DNA of 64,000 nt from Hyphomicrobiales bacterium (GCA_947447895.1 CANFLM010000005.1:4677-68676), one strand, 5' to 3'; shown: positions 18,987 to 28,110, counted from the first letter of the stretch. The notes: generated by a model not told the origin, from the sequence alone. Program-made: numbers and translations.

Positions 18987-18993
18987 CATATAG
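18978..18993. promoter_or_regulatory. Inverted repeat CTATAT-ATTC-ATATAG overlapping the -10 element (candidate ArsR-type operator)
   Basis: Read directly. 6-bp perfect arms with a 4-bp spacer, in the divergent arsR/yeeE intergenic region. Confidence 0.4.
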
Positions 18994-19022
18994 TATAAAT
19001 TGAATGATGAAAAACCGAGGAG

Positions 19023-19550
19023 TTGTCCATGTCCCTGCCCTTGTTCACTGCCCACACGCGTCCCTATCGGGTCGGGATCGGGATCGGCGTCCTGAGCTGG
19101 CTTGTCTTTGCCATCGTCGCCCAACCTTTGGGGATCACAACAGCCCTGTCGGAAGTTTCGGGCGGTGTCACGGCCCTCTTTACCGGACCCGATTTTATCA
19201 AAGCCAACAGCTACTGGTCGAAAACTGTTCCCGCGATTGATTACGGCACGCTGTTTCTGGTCGGGACATTGCTGGGGGGCTTTATGGCCTCGCTCTTCCA
19301 TCGTGAATTCAGGATCGAATGGGCTCCTGCGGTCTGGAGCCAGCATTTCGGTCCGTCTCTGGTCAAACGCTATGCGGCTGCCCTGATGGGCGGCTTCCTG
19401 ACCATGTACGGCGCGAGACTGGCCGGCGGATGCACCAGCGGCAACGGCATTTCCGGCGGTTTGCAACTGGCCCTGTCGGGCTGGACCTTTCTGGTGGTGA
19501 TGTTTGCCAGTGGTCTCGCCACCGCCTTCATCCTGTTCAAACGCGGCTAA
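19023..19550 (+). CDS. YeeE/YedE family membrane protein, half-size (PmpA-like)
   Basis: 175 aa, multiple TM segments, conserved GGCTSG motif. Confidence 0.8.
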   Translation: MSMSLPLFTAHTRPYRVGIGIGVLSWLVFAIVAQPLGITTALSEVSGGVTALFTGPDFIKANSYWSKTVPAIDYGTLFLVGTLLGGFMASLFHREFRIEWAPAVWSQHFGPSLVKRYAAALMGGFLTMYGARLAGGCTSGNGISGGLQLALSGWTFLVVMFASGLATAFILFKRG

Positions 19551-19561
19551 AGGAGACCATC

Positions 19562-20122
19562 ATGACCTTTCCTCTCTCGGGTGACACGGCTTTGGGCCTT
19601 TCGGTTGTGTTCGGCCTCGCATTCGGCTGGCTGTTGCAACGCGGAAAAGTGACTGACTACAACGTCATCGTGAACCAGTTCCGCATGACTGATTTTACCG
19701 TCATCAAAGTCATGATGACCGCGATCATCGTCGGCGGCCTCGGCGTGCTGTTTCTGGTCGATCAGGGTCTGGCCAAATATCACATCAAGGATGCCAATAT
19801 GCTGGGTGTGATCATCGGTTCGGCCATTTTCGGCATCGGCATGGTCCTTTACGGCTATTGCCCGGGTACCGCTCTGGCGGCGATCGGAACCGGCAGCATC
19901 CATGCTCTGGTCGGCAGCATCGGAATGCTGATCGGTGGCATCGCCTATGCGCTGACCTTTGAGGGGTTCAAGGACGGCCTTTTGAAAGTCTGGGCGCTCG
20001 GCAAGGTCCGGCTGCCCGACATCACCGGCATCGCTGATCCGGTCTGGTTCGGCGGATTGGCCGTGCTGGCCCTCATCCTGTTCGTGATGATCGAACGGCA
20101 TGAAAGCCGGTCAGCCGCATAA
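19562..20122 (+). CDS. YeeE/YedE family membrane protein, half-size (PmpB-like)
   Basis: 186 aa from the ATG at 19562, preceded by AGGAG. Conserved GYCPGT motif. The track ORF start at 19319 is over-extended. Confidence 0.8.
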   Translation: MTFPLSGDTALGLSVVFGLAFGWLLQRGKVTDYNVIVNQFRMTDFTVIKVMMTAIIVGGLGVLFLVDQGLAKYHIKDANMLGVIIGSAIFGIGMVLYGYCPGTALAAIGTGSIHALVGSIGMLIGGIAYALTFEGFKDGLLKVWALGKVRLPDITGIADPVWFGGLAVLALILFVMIERHESRSAA

Positions 20123-20151
20123 CCGGGGGCTCGTCTCGCCCCGAAACAACC

Positions 20152-20179
20152 ATGGCAGGGGGCTTTCCCTGCCATTTTT
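20152..20179 (+). terminator. Intrinsic terminator after the YeeE/YedE pair
   Basis: Stem atggcaggg / ccctgccat, 6-nt loop, then ttttt. Confidence 0.7.
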
Positions 20180-20305
20180 ATGGTTGAAACAGTGGTTGCC
20201 GATGCCCTCGTGACGGGCCTGTCGGGCCTGCCTCATATCAAAGTATCATGCACAATCCACGGTTCCCGCATTGAATCCGGCAGAAAAATCGTTATTGTGA
20301 GCCAG

Positions 20306-20322
20306 TTTTGTGCAGTGCAAAA
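20306..20322. promoter_or_regulatory. TGC-rich dyad ttttg-TGCAGTG-caaaa, 70-86 bp upstream of phaZ (candidate PhaR-type site)
   Basis: Read directly. The similarity to the TGC-rich / CTGC-N3-GCAG PhaR sites reported in other bacteria is only approximate. Confidence 0.25.
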
Positions 20323-20391
20323 TATGAGCGAATCATACCATTGCGAATCACAATTCGAAGTTTTTTGGACGAACCTTTGGGACATGGATCC

Positions 20392-21762
20392 ATGATGAAT
20401 TCTCAGATCTCGCTTTATATGTGGTACGAAGCTGCCCATGCGTTGATTGGTCCCGCACGTTCGATGGCACAGGCCAGCCGTTGGATGCTGGACAACCCCG
20501 CTAATTTTGCCGGAAAATCAATGATCGGCCGCTCTTTGTCCGCAGCATGCGAATTGTTCGAGCGTTCGACCCGCCGTTACGGCAAACCCCAGTTCGATCT
20601 GCCGACCACACAGGTCAACGGTGTGCGCGTCGCGGTCAGCGAGCATGTCGTATGGCAGAATACCTTCTGCAATCTGGTTCATTTTGACCGGATGATCGAC
20701 CGCAACCGCGTGCGCCAGCCCAAATTGCTGATTGTCGCCCCGATGTCGGGCCATTACGCTACCCTTTTGCGAGGAACTGTCGAAACCTTCATCCAGACCC
20801 ACGAGGTCTATATCACCGATTGGGTCGATGCCAGCCTCGTGCCGATCGGCGCGGGCAGTTTCGATCTTGACGATTATGTCGACTATGTCCGCGATATGCT
20901 GACCTTCCTGGGTCCCGATGTGCATGTGCTGGCGGTGTGCCAGCCGTCCGTGCCGGTTCTTGCAGCAATCGGTCTGATGGAAATGGACAAGGATCCTTGC
21001 GCTCCCTATTCGATGACGCTGATGGGCGGCCCGATCGATACCCGCAAAAGCCCGACTGTCGTCAACAAGCTGGCACAGGAACGCGGCATCGACTGGTTCA
21101 AGAAAAACTGTATCGTCAAAGTGCCGCTGCCCAATCCCGGTTTCATGCGCGAGGTCTATCCCGGCTTTCTGCAGCTGACCGGTTTCATGGCGATGAATAT
21201 CGACAAGCACATCACGGCGCATGGCGACATGTTCCGCCATCTGGTCGACGGCGATGGCGATTCCGCCGAGAAGCACCGCGAATTCTACGATGAATATATG
21301 GCCGTGATGGATCTGACCGCCGAATTCTACCTGCAAACGGTCGATACGGTGTTTGTCCGCCATGCCTTGCCCAAGGGGGAAATGTTGCATCGCGGCCGGC
21401 TGATCGATCTCAAAGCCGTCAAGCGCGTCGCGCTAATGACGGTGGAAGGCGAGAACGACGATATTTCCGGTGTCGGCCAGACCGAAGCCGCCCAGCACCT
21501 GTGCGTCAATATTCCCGATAGCCAGCGCGCCCATTGGGTGCAGCCGCGCGTCGGCCATTACGGCGTGTTCAACGGCTCGCGCTTCCGTGCCGATATCGCA
21601 CCGCGCATTTGCGACTTTATTGCCAATGCAACAGTGGCAGGCCGCAAGCGCGCCAACGCGAGTGCCCAGACCTTGGTGGAAGGCCCAGCAGCCAAGCCTG
21701 CCAAAGCCCGCGCAACCAAAGCAGCCGCGGCCAAAACCAGAGCCTCCAAAGCCCGGGCCTGA
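20392..21762 (+). CDS. phaZ: Intracellular polyhydroxyalkanoate (PHB) depolymerase with Ala/Lys-rich C-terminal tail
   Basis: YMWYEAAHALIGPAR...RYGKPQFDL is the typical PhaZ (TIGR01849-type) N-terminus. The start at the ATG at 20392 was chosen over the track start at 20308. Confidence 0.85.
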   Translation: MMNSQISLYMWYEAAHALIGPARSMAQASRWMLDNPANFAGKSMIGRSLSAACELFERSTRRYGKPQFDLPTTQVNGVRVAVSEHVVWQNTFCNLVHFDRMIDRNRVRQPKLLIVAPMSGHYATLLRGTVETFIQTHEVYITDWVDASLVPIGAGSFDLDDYVDYVRDMLTFLGPDVHVLAVCQPSVPVLAAIGLMEMDKDPCAPYSMTLMGGPIDTRKSPTVVNKLAQERGIDWFKKNCIVKVPLPNPGFMREVYPGFLQLTGFMAMNIDKHITAHGDMFRHLVDGDGDSAEKHREFYDEYMAVMDLTAEFYLQTVDTVFVRHALPKGEMLHRGRLIDLKAVKRVALMTVEGENDDISGVGQTEAAQHLCVNIPDSQRAHWVQPRVGHYGVFNGSRFRADIAPRICDFIANATVAGRKRANASAQTLVEGPAAKPAKARATKAAAAKTRASKARA

Positions 21763-21786
21763 GCCTCTTTCGTTTTTTTGATGACA

Positions 21787-21815
21787 AGCCTGCGGTGATC
21801 CCGCAGGCTTTTTCC
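21787..21815 (+). terminator. Intrinsic terminator after phaZ
   Basis: Stem agcctgcgg / ccgcaggct, 5-nt loop, then ttttt. Confidence 0.75.
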
Positions 21816-22562
21816 ATGATTCTCCGTCTGCTCCGCCCCTCGCAACAACCCGATCCTGCGGTGATCGAGGTTGAGCATCTCGAGGCCCGTTATCAGGTGA
21901 CCCTGAAGCGCAGTGCCAAAGCGCGCCGCTATGGTTTGCGGATTTCGCTGGCCACCCGCGCGGTGGTGCTGACCATGCCCGTGAAGGCCGATCTGGCCAC
22001 CGCCATCGATTTTGCCCGTCGCCATGGCGGCTGGATTGCCGCACGACTGGCCCGCCTGCCGCAAACCGTGCCGTTTATCGAGGGCAATCGGGTGCCCTTG
22101 CGCGGCGAACCGCACCTGTTGCGCGCCACAGGCGGACGCGGGGCCAGAATCATGGTGCACAGGCAAGAGGACGGCACGCTTTGTCTGGCTATTCCGGGCG
22201 ATCCGGCCTTTCTGGCGCGCCGGTTGAAGGATTTTCTGAAACGCGAGGCCCTGCATGATCTCGATCTGGCGGTCAGCCGCTATGCCACAATGATCGATGT
22301 CAGCGTCAAAGGCATTACCTTGCGCGACACCAAAAGCCGGTGGGGCTCATGCTCCTCGCAAGGGGCTTTGAATTTCTCGTGGCGGCTGATCATGGCGCCG
22401 CCCTTCGTGCTTGATTATCTGGCAGCGCATGAAATAGCCCACCGGCGGGAAATGAATCATTCCTCCCGCTACTGGCGTTTGCTAAACAGCATGACCGCGG
22501 ATGTCGAACGGGCCGAGGCATGGCTGAAAAGCCACGGCACGAGCCTGCATCATTACGGCTAA
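21816..22562 (+). CDS. YgjP-like (DUF45/M48 superfamily) zinc metallopeptidase
   Basis: 248 aa from the ATG at 21816. Motifs WGSCS and HEIAH...NHS. Confidence 0.8.
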   Translation: MILRLLRPSQQPDPAVIEVEHLEARYQVTLKRSAKARRYGLRISLATRAVVLTMPVKADLATAIDFARRHGGWIAARLARLPQTVPFIEGNRVPLRGEPHLLRATGGRGARIMVHRQEDGTLCLAIPGDPAFLARRLKDFLKREALHDLDLAVSRYATMIDVSVKGITLRDTKSRWGSCSSQGALNFSWRLIMAPPFVLDYLAAHEIAHRREMNHSSRYWRLLNSMTADVERAEAWLKSHGTSLHHYG

Positions 22563-22582
22563 CCGCACGAAAGAGCCGATCC

Positions 22583-23788
22583 ATGTTTCTGCGCCCCGAT
22601 ACTCTGGCCTTGACAGCCCTTCTGGCTTTTTTGACGGCTTTGGGTCCGCTGTCGACCGATATGTACCTCCCCTCGTTGCCCGCCATTGCCCACGCTCTGG
22701 CGAGTGACAGCGCGGGGGCGCAAATGACGCTTTCGGCCTTTCTTTTCGGCTTTGCAGGGGGACAGATTTTTTACGGACCGCTGTCCGACCGGCTCGGCCG
22801 CAAGCCGGTGCTGCTGGCCGGTATGGTTCTGTTCATCCTCGCCTCGCTGGCCTGTGCCTTTGCCCCGTCGATGCCCTGGCTGATCATCGGACGGTTCTTC
22901 CAGGCCCTGGGCGCTTCGGGCCCGATCGTGCTGGGCCGCGCCATTGTGCGCGATCTCTACGAAGGGCCGCGTGCCGGACGCGAATTGTCGCGCATGGGCA
23001 CCGTGATGGGTGTGGTGCCTGCGCTGGCGCCCTTGTTGGGCGGCGTACTGGAAACCGTGTTCGGCTGGCGCTCCAGCTTCTTTGCCACTGCTTTTTTCGG
23101 GGTGACCCTCGGCATCATTGTCATCATGATGCTGCCCGAAACCCTGCGCGAACGCTCGCCCCATGCCGTGTCCCTGCGCTCCATCATCGGCGGGTTCAGG
23201 GTGCTGCTGCACCATCCGCGCTACCGCTGCTATGTCAGCCTGTCGGCCCTGGCCTATAGCGGATTGTTCACCTTCATCTCCGGCTCCTCCTTCGTGCTGC
23301 AAAAGGTCTACGGCCTTTCCGTGATGGGTTTCAGCATGGTGTTTTCCTTCGTGGTGCTGGGATATGTCACAGGGACGCTGATCGCCCAACGCGCCGTCGG
23401 CCGTCTGGGCCTCGACAAGACCATCGGCCTGGGCGTGCTAGCCTTGGCAGGCGGCGGGGTCGCCATGATGCTGGCGGTCTGGTTCGGCCCCGGTTCTCCC
23501 CTCGAAATCATGCTGCCGATGACGCTCTACACCATGGGTGTGGGTCTGGTGATGCCGCAATCCATGGCTGGTGCAATGACACCCTTTCCCGAACGGGCCG
23601 GTGCCGCCTCCTCTTTGCTGGGCCTGATCCAGATGACGATGGCCGCGCTGGTCGGCTCGCTGCTCGGTCAGATGCTGGACTGGGGCTCGGCCCTGCCCTT
23701 GCCCGCCCTGATTCTGGTGCTGGGTGTTTCGGCCCTGCTGGTCCACCGGATGATGGCGCGATTGCCACCAAGCTCACCCGCCAAATAG
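22583..23788 (+). CDS. MFS transporter, Bcr/CflA drug-resistance subfamily
   Basis: 401 aa from the ATG at 22583. LGPLSTDMYLPSLPAI and GPLSDRLGRKP motifs, about 12 TM segments. Confidence 0.85.
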   Translation: MFLRPDTLALTALLAFLTALGPLSTDMYLPSLPAIAHALASDSAGAQMTLSAFLFGFAGGQIFYGPLSDRLGRKPVLLAGMVLFILASLACAFAPSMPWLIIGRFFQALGASGPIVLGRAIVRDLYEGPRAGRELSRMGTVMGVVPALAPLLGGVLETVFGWRSSFFATAFFGVTLGIIVIMMLPETLRERSPHAVSLRSIIGGFRVLLHHPRYRCYVSLSALAYSGLFTFISGSSFVLQKVYGLSVMGFSMVFSFVVLGYVTGTLIAQRAVGRLGLDKTIGLGVLALAGGGVAMMLAVWFGPGSPLEIMLPMTLYTMGVGLVMPQSMAGAMTPFPERAGAASSLLGLIQMTMAALVGSLLGQMLDWGSALPLPALILVLGVSALLVHRMMARLPPSSPAK

Positions 23789-26233
23789 ACGGTCCAGCAC
23801 CGACGGCTCGCGCCGCACCGGCGGACGAGCAGGTTCGCTCCCGTTGCCGACCATGGCAGGGGGCCGCAATTCGCGCGGATCCTGCGCTCTGCCGGCCGGC
23901 GCCCTGACATCCTGCGGCGGTGCCATCACAGACACAGGCGGTGATGGCGGAACAATCTGCAAAGGCCGGCCATCCGGATTGGACCGGACCGGAGTTGGAA
24001 CCTGCGTAACGGGCGCTAGAGCCTGCGGCACCGCAGCGGGTGGCACCAGATTGGATGGCGGCAAAGCGGGGGTCCGCGCCGGCTCGTTTTTACTGCGTGA
24101 CGGCTCCGTCATCGGCTCATCGGCCGGCGGAGGTTCATCCTTGGAGGACAGGCCCAACAAAGCCGGAATATCCAGTGACCAGCTTGAATTGAGCCCCGGC
24201 AAGGGCTGCGGCTGCGTCCCCTTCAGAGCCGCAAGCATGAATTTCTGCCAGATATCGGTGGGCAATGTCGCCCCCGACAGATGTTTGGTGGGCGAGCCGT
24301 CATCATTGCCGAGCCAGATCCCGGCCACCAGTGTCGAGGTATAGCCGACAAACCACGCATCGCGGAAATCCTGGCTGGTGCCGGTTTTGCCCGCGGTTTC
24401 CCAGCCGGGGATCACGGCTTTGCGTGCCGTGCCGGTCACCATGGTTTCGTGCATCATCACATTCATCATGCCGACATGCTCGGTCGAGATGACCCGACCG
24501 ATACCGCCGCCGCTGCGGGCATAGACCGTCTCGCCCTCACGCGTTTTGACCTCGGTGATCACATAGGGCAACACGCCAAGCCCTCCATTGGCAAAACTGG
24601 CATAGGCCCCCACCAGTTCCAGCGGGCTGACCTCGGATGTGCCCAAGGCAATGGAGGCATTGGGTTCGAGTTTCGAGCGGATGCCCAATCGTGCCGCCGT
24701 CGATACCACCGCCCGCGGGCCGACTTCCAGACACAGACGCACGGAGACCGTGTTGAGCGATTGCGCCAATGCGTTTTTCAACGAGACCGGGCCCGCATAT
24801 TTGCGCGAATAGTTTTCGGGGTTCCAGCCCTTGATCGACAAAGGCGCATCGTCGCGGATCGTATCGGGCGTCAGACCTCGCTCCAGGGCTGTCAGGAACA
24901 CAATGGGTTTGAAGGATGAGCCGGGCTGGCGTTTGGCGGCAATCACGCGGTTGAACTGGCTCTCGGCGTAGGATTTGCCCCCGACCAAAGCCTTGATTGC
25001 GCCATCCGGTGTCATCGCCACAAAGGCCCCCTGGCTGACACCGAATTTCTCGCCACGCTGGACCAGCTCATCCACCAAAGCCCTTTCGCCCATCCCTTGC
25101 AAAACAGGATCGAGCGTGGTGGAGACAACCACGTCCCTGTCCAGAGTCCCGATGAAATCATCGAGCACATCCATCACATAATCGGCCGCATAATTGGAAG
25201 AGCCCGCCCCGCTGGCCCGGTTGGCCTTGGCCGGATTGGCCTGTGCAAGCCTCACCATATCCTCGCTGACATAGCCTTCGCGGTGCATGGCAGCCAGCAC
25301 GAGCTCGGCACGGGCCTGCGCGCCGGTCGGGTTGCGGTTGGGCGCGAGCCGCGAGGGGGACTGCACCAGACCGCCCAGAATGGCGGCTTCCGCCAGGGTC
25401 ACCTGTTTGGCCGATTTGCCGAAATAGCGTTGGGCGGCCGCTTCGACCCCGTAGGCACCCGAGCCGAAATAGACACGGTTGAGGTAGAGTTCGAGAATCT
25501 GGTCCTTGGAATAGTTGCGCTCCAGCCACAAAGCCAGAATCGCCTCCTGGATCTTGCGCGAGGCCGTGCGCTCCTGTGTCAGAAACAGGTTTTTGGCCAG
25601 TTGCTGCGTCAGGGTCGAGCCCCCTTGCAAATGCCCGCCCGCACTCATGATGTTGCGCAACATGGCGCGGGCAATGCCGATCGGATCAATGCCGAAATGG
25701 TCATAGAACCGCCGGTCCTCGATCGATACAAAGGCTTTGGGCAGATAAGGCGGCAATTCGGCCAGTTGCATCGTGCGGCCACCCATTTCACCGCGATTGG
25801 CCACCAGCGTGCCATCGACCGCCATAATAGCGATATTGGGGGGCCGCTTGGGCACACTCAACTGGTCAATCGGCGGCAATTTGGCAGCATAATAGACGAC
25901 CAGACCCGCCACCGCGATAAAACCCCAGATCGAGGCGACAACAGACCAGTAGAACAACCGCCCCAGCCACGAGACAGGACGCCGCGCCGCGCTTCTGCTG
26001 CGCTTCTTGCCAGAGGGTTCTTTTTTGGGTTCGGCGCGTTTGCTTGCTTTGGGAGCAGGCGGATCGTCATCGCGATCAACCGCCCCTTTGCGGGACGCGG
26101 ATTTGGCGGAACCGGAGGTGCTGGACACCACGGAGCGGTCACGCGCAGTCAGCCGGATATCAGAGGAGGCATGGCTTGCGACGCCCTGCCCCGTCGACCG
26201 ATCACGCCCCCCTTTGTTCATCTCGTGTCCCAT
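23774..26233 (-). CDS. mrcA: Class A penicillin-binding protein (PBP1A family transglycosylase/transpeptidase)
   Basis: GT51 motifs EDRRFYDHFGIDP and RKIQE. TPase motifs SSFKP and KTGT. Basic N-terminal tail and Pro-rich C-terminal tail. The 3' end overlaps the convergent MFS gene by 15 nt. Confidence 0.9.
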   Translation of the reverse strand: MGHEMNKGGRDRSTGQGVASHASSDIRLTARDRSVVSSTSGSAKSASRKGAVDRDDDPPAPKASKRAEPKKEPSGKKRSRSAARRPVSWLGRLFYWSVVASIWGFIAVAGLVVYYAAKLPPIDQLSVPKRPPNIAIMAVDGTLVANRGEMGGRTMQLAELPPYLPKAFVSIEDRRFYDHFGIDPIGIARAMLRNIMSAGGHLQGGSTLTQQLAKNLFLTQERTASRKIQEAILALWLERNYSKDQILELYLNRVYFGSGAYGVEAAAQRYFGKSAKQVTLAEAAILGGLVQSPSRLAPNRNPTGAQARAELVLAAMHREGYVSEDMVRLAQANPAKANRASGAGSSNYAADYVMDVLDDFIGTLDRDVVVSTTLDPVLQGMGERALVDELVQRGEKFGVSQGAFVAMTPDGAIKALVGGKSYAESQFNRVIAAKRQPGSSFKPIVFLTALERGLTPDTIRDDAPLSIKGWNPENYSRKYAGPVSLKNALAQSLNTVSVRLCLEVGPRAVVSTAARLGIRSKLEPNASIALGTSEVSPLELVGAYASFANGGLGVLPYVITEVKTREGETVYARSGGGIGRVISTEHVGMMNVMMHETMVTGTARKAVIPGWETAGKTGTSQDFRDAWFVGYTSTLVAGIWLGNDDGSPTKHLSGATLPTDIWQKFMLAALKGTQPQPLPGLNSSWSLDIPALLGLSSKDEPPPADEPMTEPSRSKNEPARTPALPPSNLVPPAAVPQALAPVTQVPTPVRSNPDGRPLQIVPPSPPVSVMAPPQDVRAPAGRAQDPRELRPPAMVGNGSEPARPPVRREPSVLDRLFGG

Positions 26234-26303
26234 ACCCGCGGCATCCGCACCGGATTATGAGTCTATCAAGGCAGAATTAAGGATTCGTAAAGGTTTAGTG
26301 CGT

Positions 26304-27161
26304 TCAGGCCGCTGCCGAGCGGTCGGTCAGCAGCCGGCACAGCCGTGCCACCGTGGCTTTCATGTCGCGCCGGTGCACGACCATATCGACCATGCCATGA
26401 TCGCGCAGATATTCCGACCGCTGGAAGCCCTCGGGCAATTTCTCGCGGATGGTCTGTTCGATCACACGCGGACCGGCAAAGCCGATCAGGGCCCCGGGTT
26501 CGGCAATATGCACATCGCCCAGCATGGCATAGGAGGCCGTCACCCCGCCTGTGGTCGGGTTGGTCAGCACCACGATATAGGGCAGGCGCGCCTCGCGCAG
26601 GCGCCGCACCGCAATGGTCGTGCGCGGCATCTGCATCAGCGAGAACATGCCTTCCTGCATGCGCGCACCGCCCGAAGCGGCAAACATCACAAAAGGCGTG
26701 CGCCGCGCCACGGCTGTCTCCAGCCCCGTCACCACCGCCTCGCCCGCCGCCATGCCCAGCGAACCACCCATGAAGTCGAAATCCTGCACGCCGATGGTCA
26801 GATGCTGGCCTTCGATCCGGCCATGCCCGACTTTGACGGCATCGACCTGCGAGGTTTTGGAACGGGCATCACGGATCCGGTCGGCATAGCGCTTCTCGTC
26901 GCGGAATTTCAGCGGGTCGGCGGGCACGTCCGGCAAAGCGATGGTCTCGTACTGGCCCTCGTCGAACATGCTGGCCAGACGCTGCGTCGCGGTCATCCGC
27001 ATGTGATAATCGGAAGAGGGGATCACGAAAAGATTGGCTTCCACATCCTTGTGAAACACCAGCTGGCCGCTTTCAGGGCACTTGATCCACAAATTTTCCG
27101 GCGTATCACGGCGCAAAAACGATCTGATTTTTGGCGGAACAACGTTGGAAATCCAGTTCAT
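26304..27161 (-). CDS. accD: Acetyl-CoA carboxylase carboxyltransferase subunit beta
   Basis: [13 protein letters not shown]... N-terminus. 285 aa from the ATG at 27161. Confidence 0.9.
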   Translation of the reverse strand: MNWISNVVPPKIRSFLRRDTPENLWIKCPESGQLVFHKDVEANLFVIPSSDYHMRMTATQRLASMFDEGQYETIALPDVPADPLKFRDEKRYADRIRDARSKTSQVDAVKVGHGRIEGQHLTIGVQDFDFMGGSLGMAAGEAVVTGLETAVARRTPFVMFAASGGARMQEGMFSLMQMPRTTIAVRRLREARLPYIVVLTNPTTGGVTASYAMLGDVHIAEPGALIGFAGPRVIEQTIREKLPEGFQRSEYLRDHGMVDMVVHRRDMKATVARLCRLLTDRSAAA

Positions 27162-27197
27162 GCGATCATTCCCTTTGCCCGATACTCCCACATCCAC

Positions 27198-28025
27198 TTA
27201 CACCTTGTGGACGCGGCGAATACCCTCGATCAATTCCCCGACCAGACCAGTGACGGCTGGCACGGTCTTGGCCGTCGCCTTGCCGTCGACCAGCGACAAA
27301 CGCACGGCTTCGACCAGCGCCGAGCCGACCACCACACCATCGGCCCCGCGGGCGACGGTTTCGGCAGTTTCCGCATTTTTGACGCCGAAGCCGACCACAA
27401 CCGGCAAAGCGGTATGCGATTTGATCCGCGCTACCGAAGAGGCCACGCCAGAATGATCACTGATCGCTGAACCGGTAATGCCGGTCACCGACACATAATA
27501 GACAAAGCCCGAAGTATTGGTCAGCACTTTCGGCAGACGCGCCTCATCGGTGGTCGGCGTCGCCAGCCGGATGAAGCTCAAGCCGGCATCAAGGGCGGGC
27601 TTGCACAATTCGGCATCTTCTTCGGGTGGCAGATCGACCACGATCAGGCCGTCCACGCCGGCCTTCAGCGCATCGGCGATGAAACGGTCAACACCGTAAA
27701 TATAGATCGGGTTGAAATAGCCCATCAGAATGATCGGCGTCTCGGCATCGCCCTGTCGGAAACGGGTGACCAGAGCCAGCGTCTTGATCAGGGTCTGTCC
27801 GGCCGCCAGCGCGCGCAATCCGGCCGCCTGGATCGCCGGACCATCAGCCATCGGATCGGTAAAAGGCATGCCGATTTCAATCAGATCCGCACCGGCCGCA
27901 GGCAGGGCCTTGATGATCTCGAACGAGGTCTCGGGATCGGGATCTCCCCCCATCACGAAGGTGACCAAAGCGGCGCGGTGTTCAGCGCGAACTTTCGCGA
28001 AACGGTTTTCAATGCGTATTGTCAT
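27198..28025 (-). CDS. trpA: Tryptophan synthase alpha chain
   Basis: 275 aa. [15 protein letters not shown] motif. Confidence 0.95.
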   Translation of the reverse strand: MTIRIENRFAKVRAEHRAALVTFVMGGDPDPETSFEIIKALPAAGADLIEIGMPFTDPMADGPAIQAAGLRALAAGQTLIKTLALVTRFRQGDAETPIILMGYFNPIYIYGVDRFIADALKAGVDGLIVVDLPPEEDAELCKPALDAGLSFIRLATPTTDEARLPKVLTNTSGFVYYVSVTGITGSAISDHSGVASSVARIKSHTALPVVVGFGVKNAETAETVARGADGVVVGSALVEAVRLSLVDGKATAKTVPAVTGLVGELIEGIRRVHKV

Positions 28026-28067
28026 GCTGTCTCACTACCATGGAGCGCGGGAAAGTGGGAGTAAAAA

Positions 28068-28100
28068 GGCTGGATCGAGACATTCAGCCCCGATCCAGCC
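28068..28100 (-). other. Perfect 10-bp stem hairpin in the trpB-trpA intercistronic spacer
   Basis: ggctggatcg / cgatccagcc with a 13-nt loop, read directly. Confidence 0.5.
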
Positions 28101-28110
28101 GCTTGACACC

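Noticed and set aside
20180-20395. 71-aa ORF in the low-GC yedE-phaZ intergenic region (plus the 68-aa antisense ORF 20233..20439)
   Set aside because: No RBS. The codon usage and composition are unlike the neighbouring genes, and the ORF begins right after the upstream terminator and runs up to the phaZ start. It more likely represents promoter/UTR DNA.
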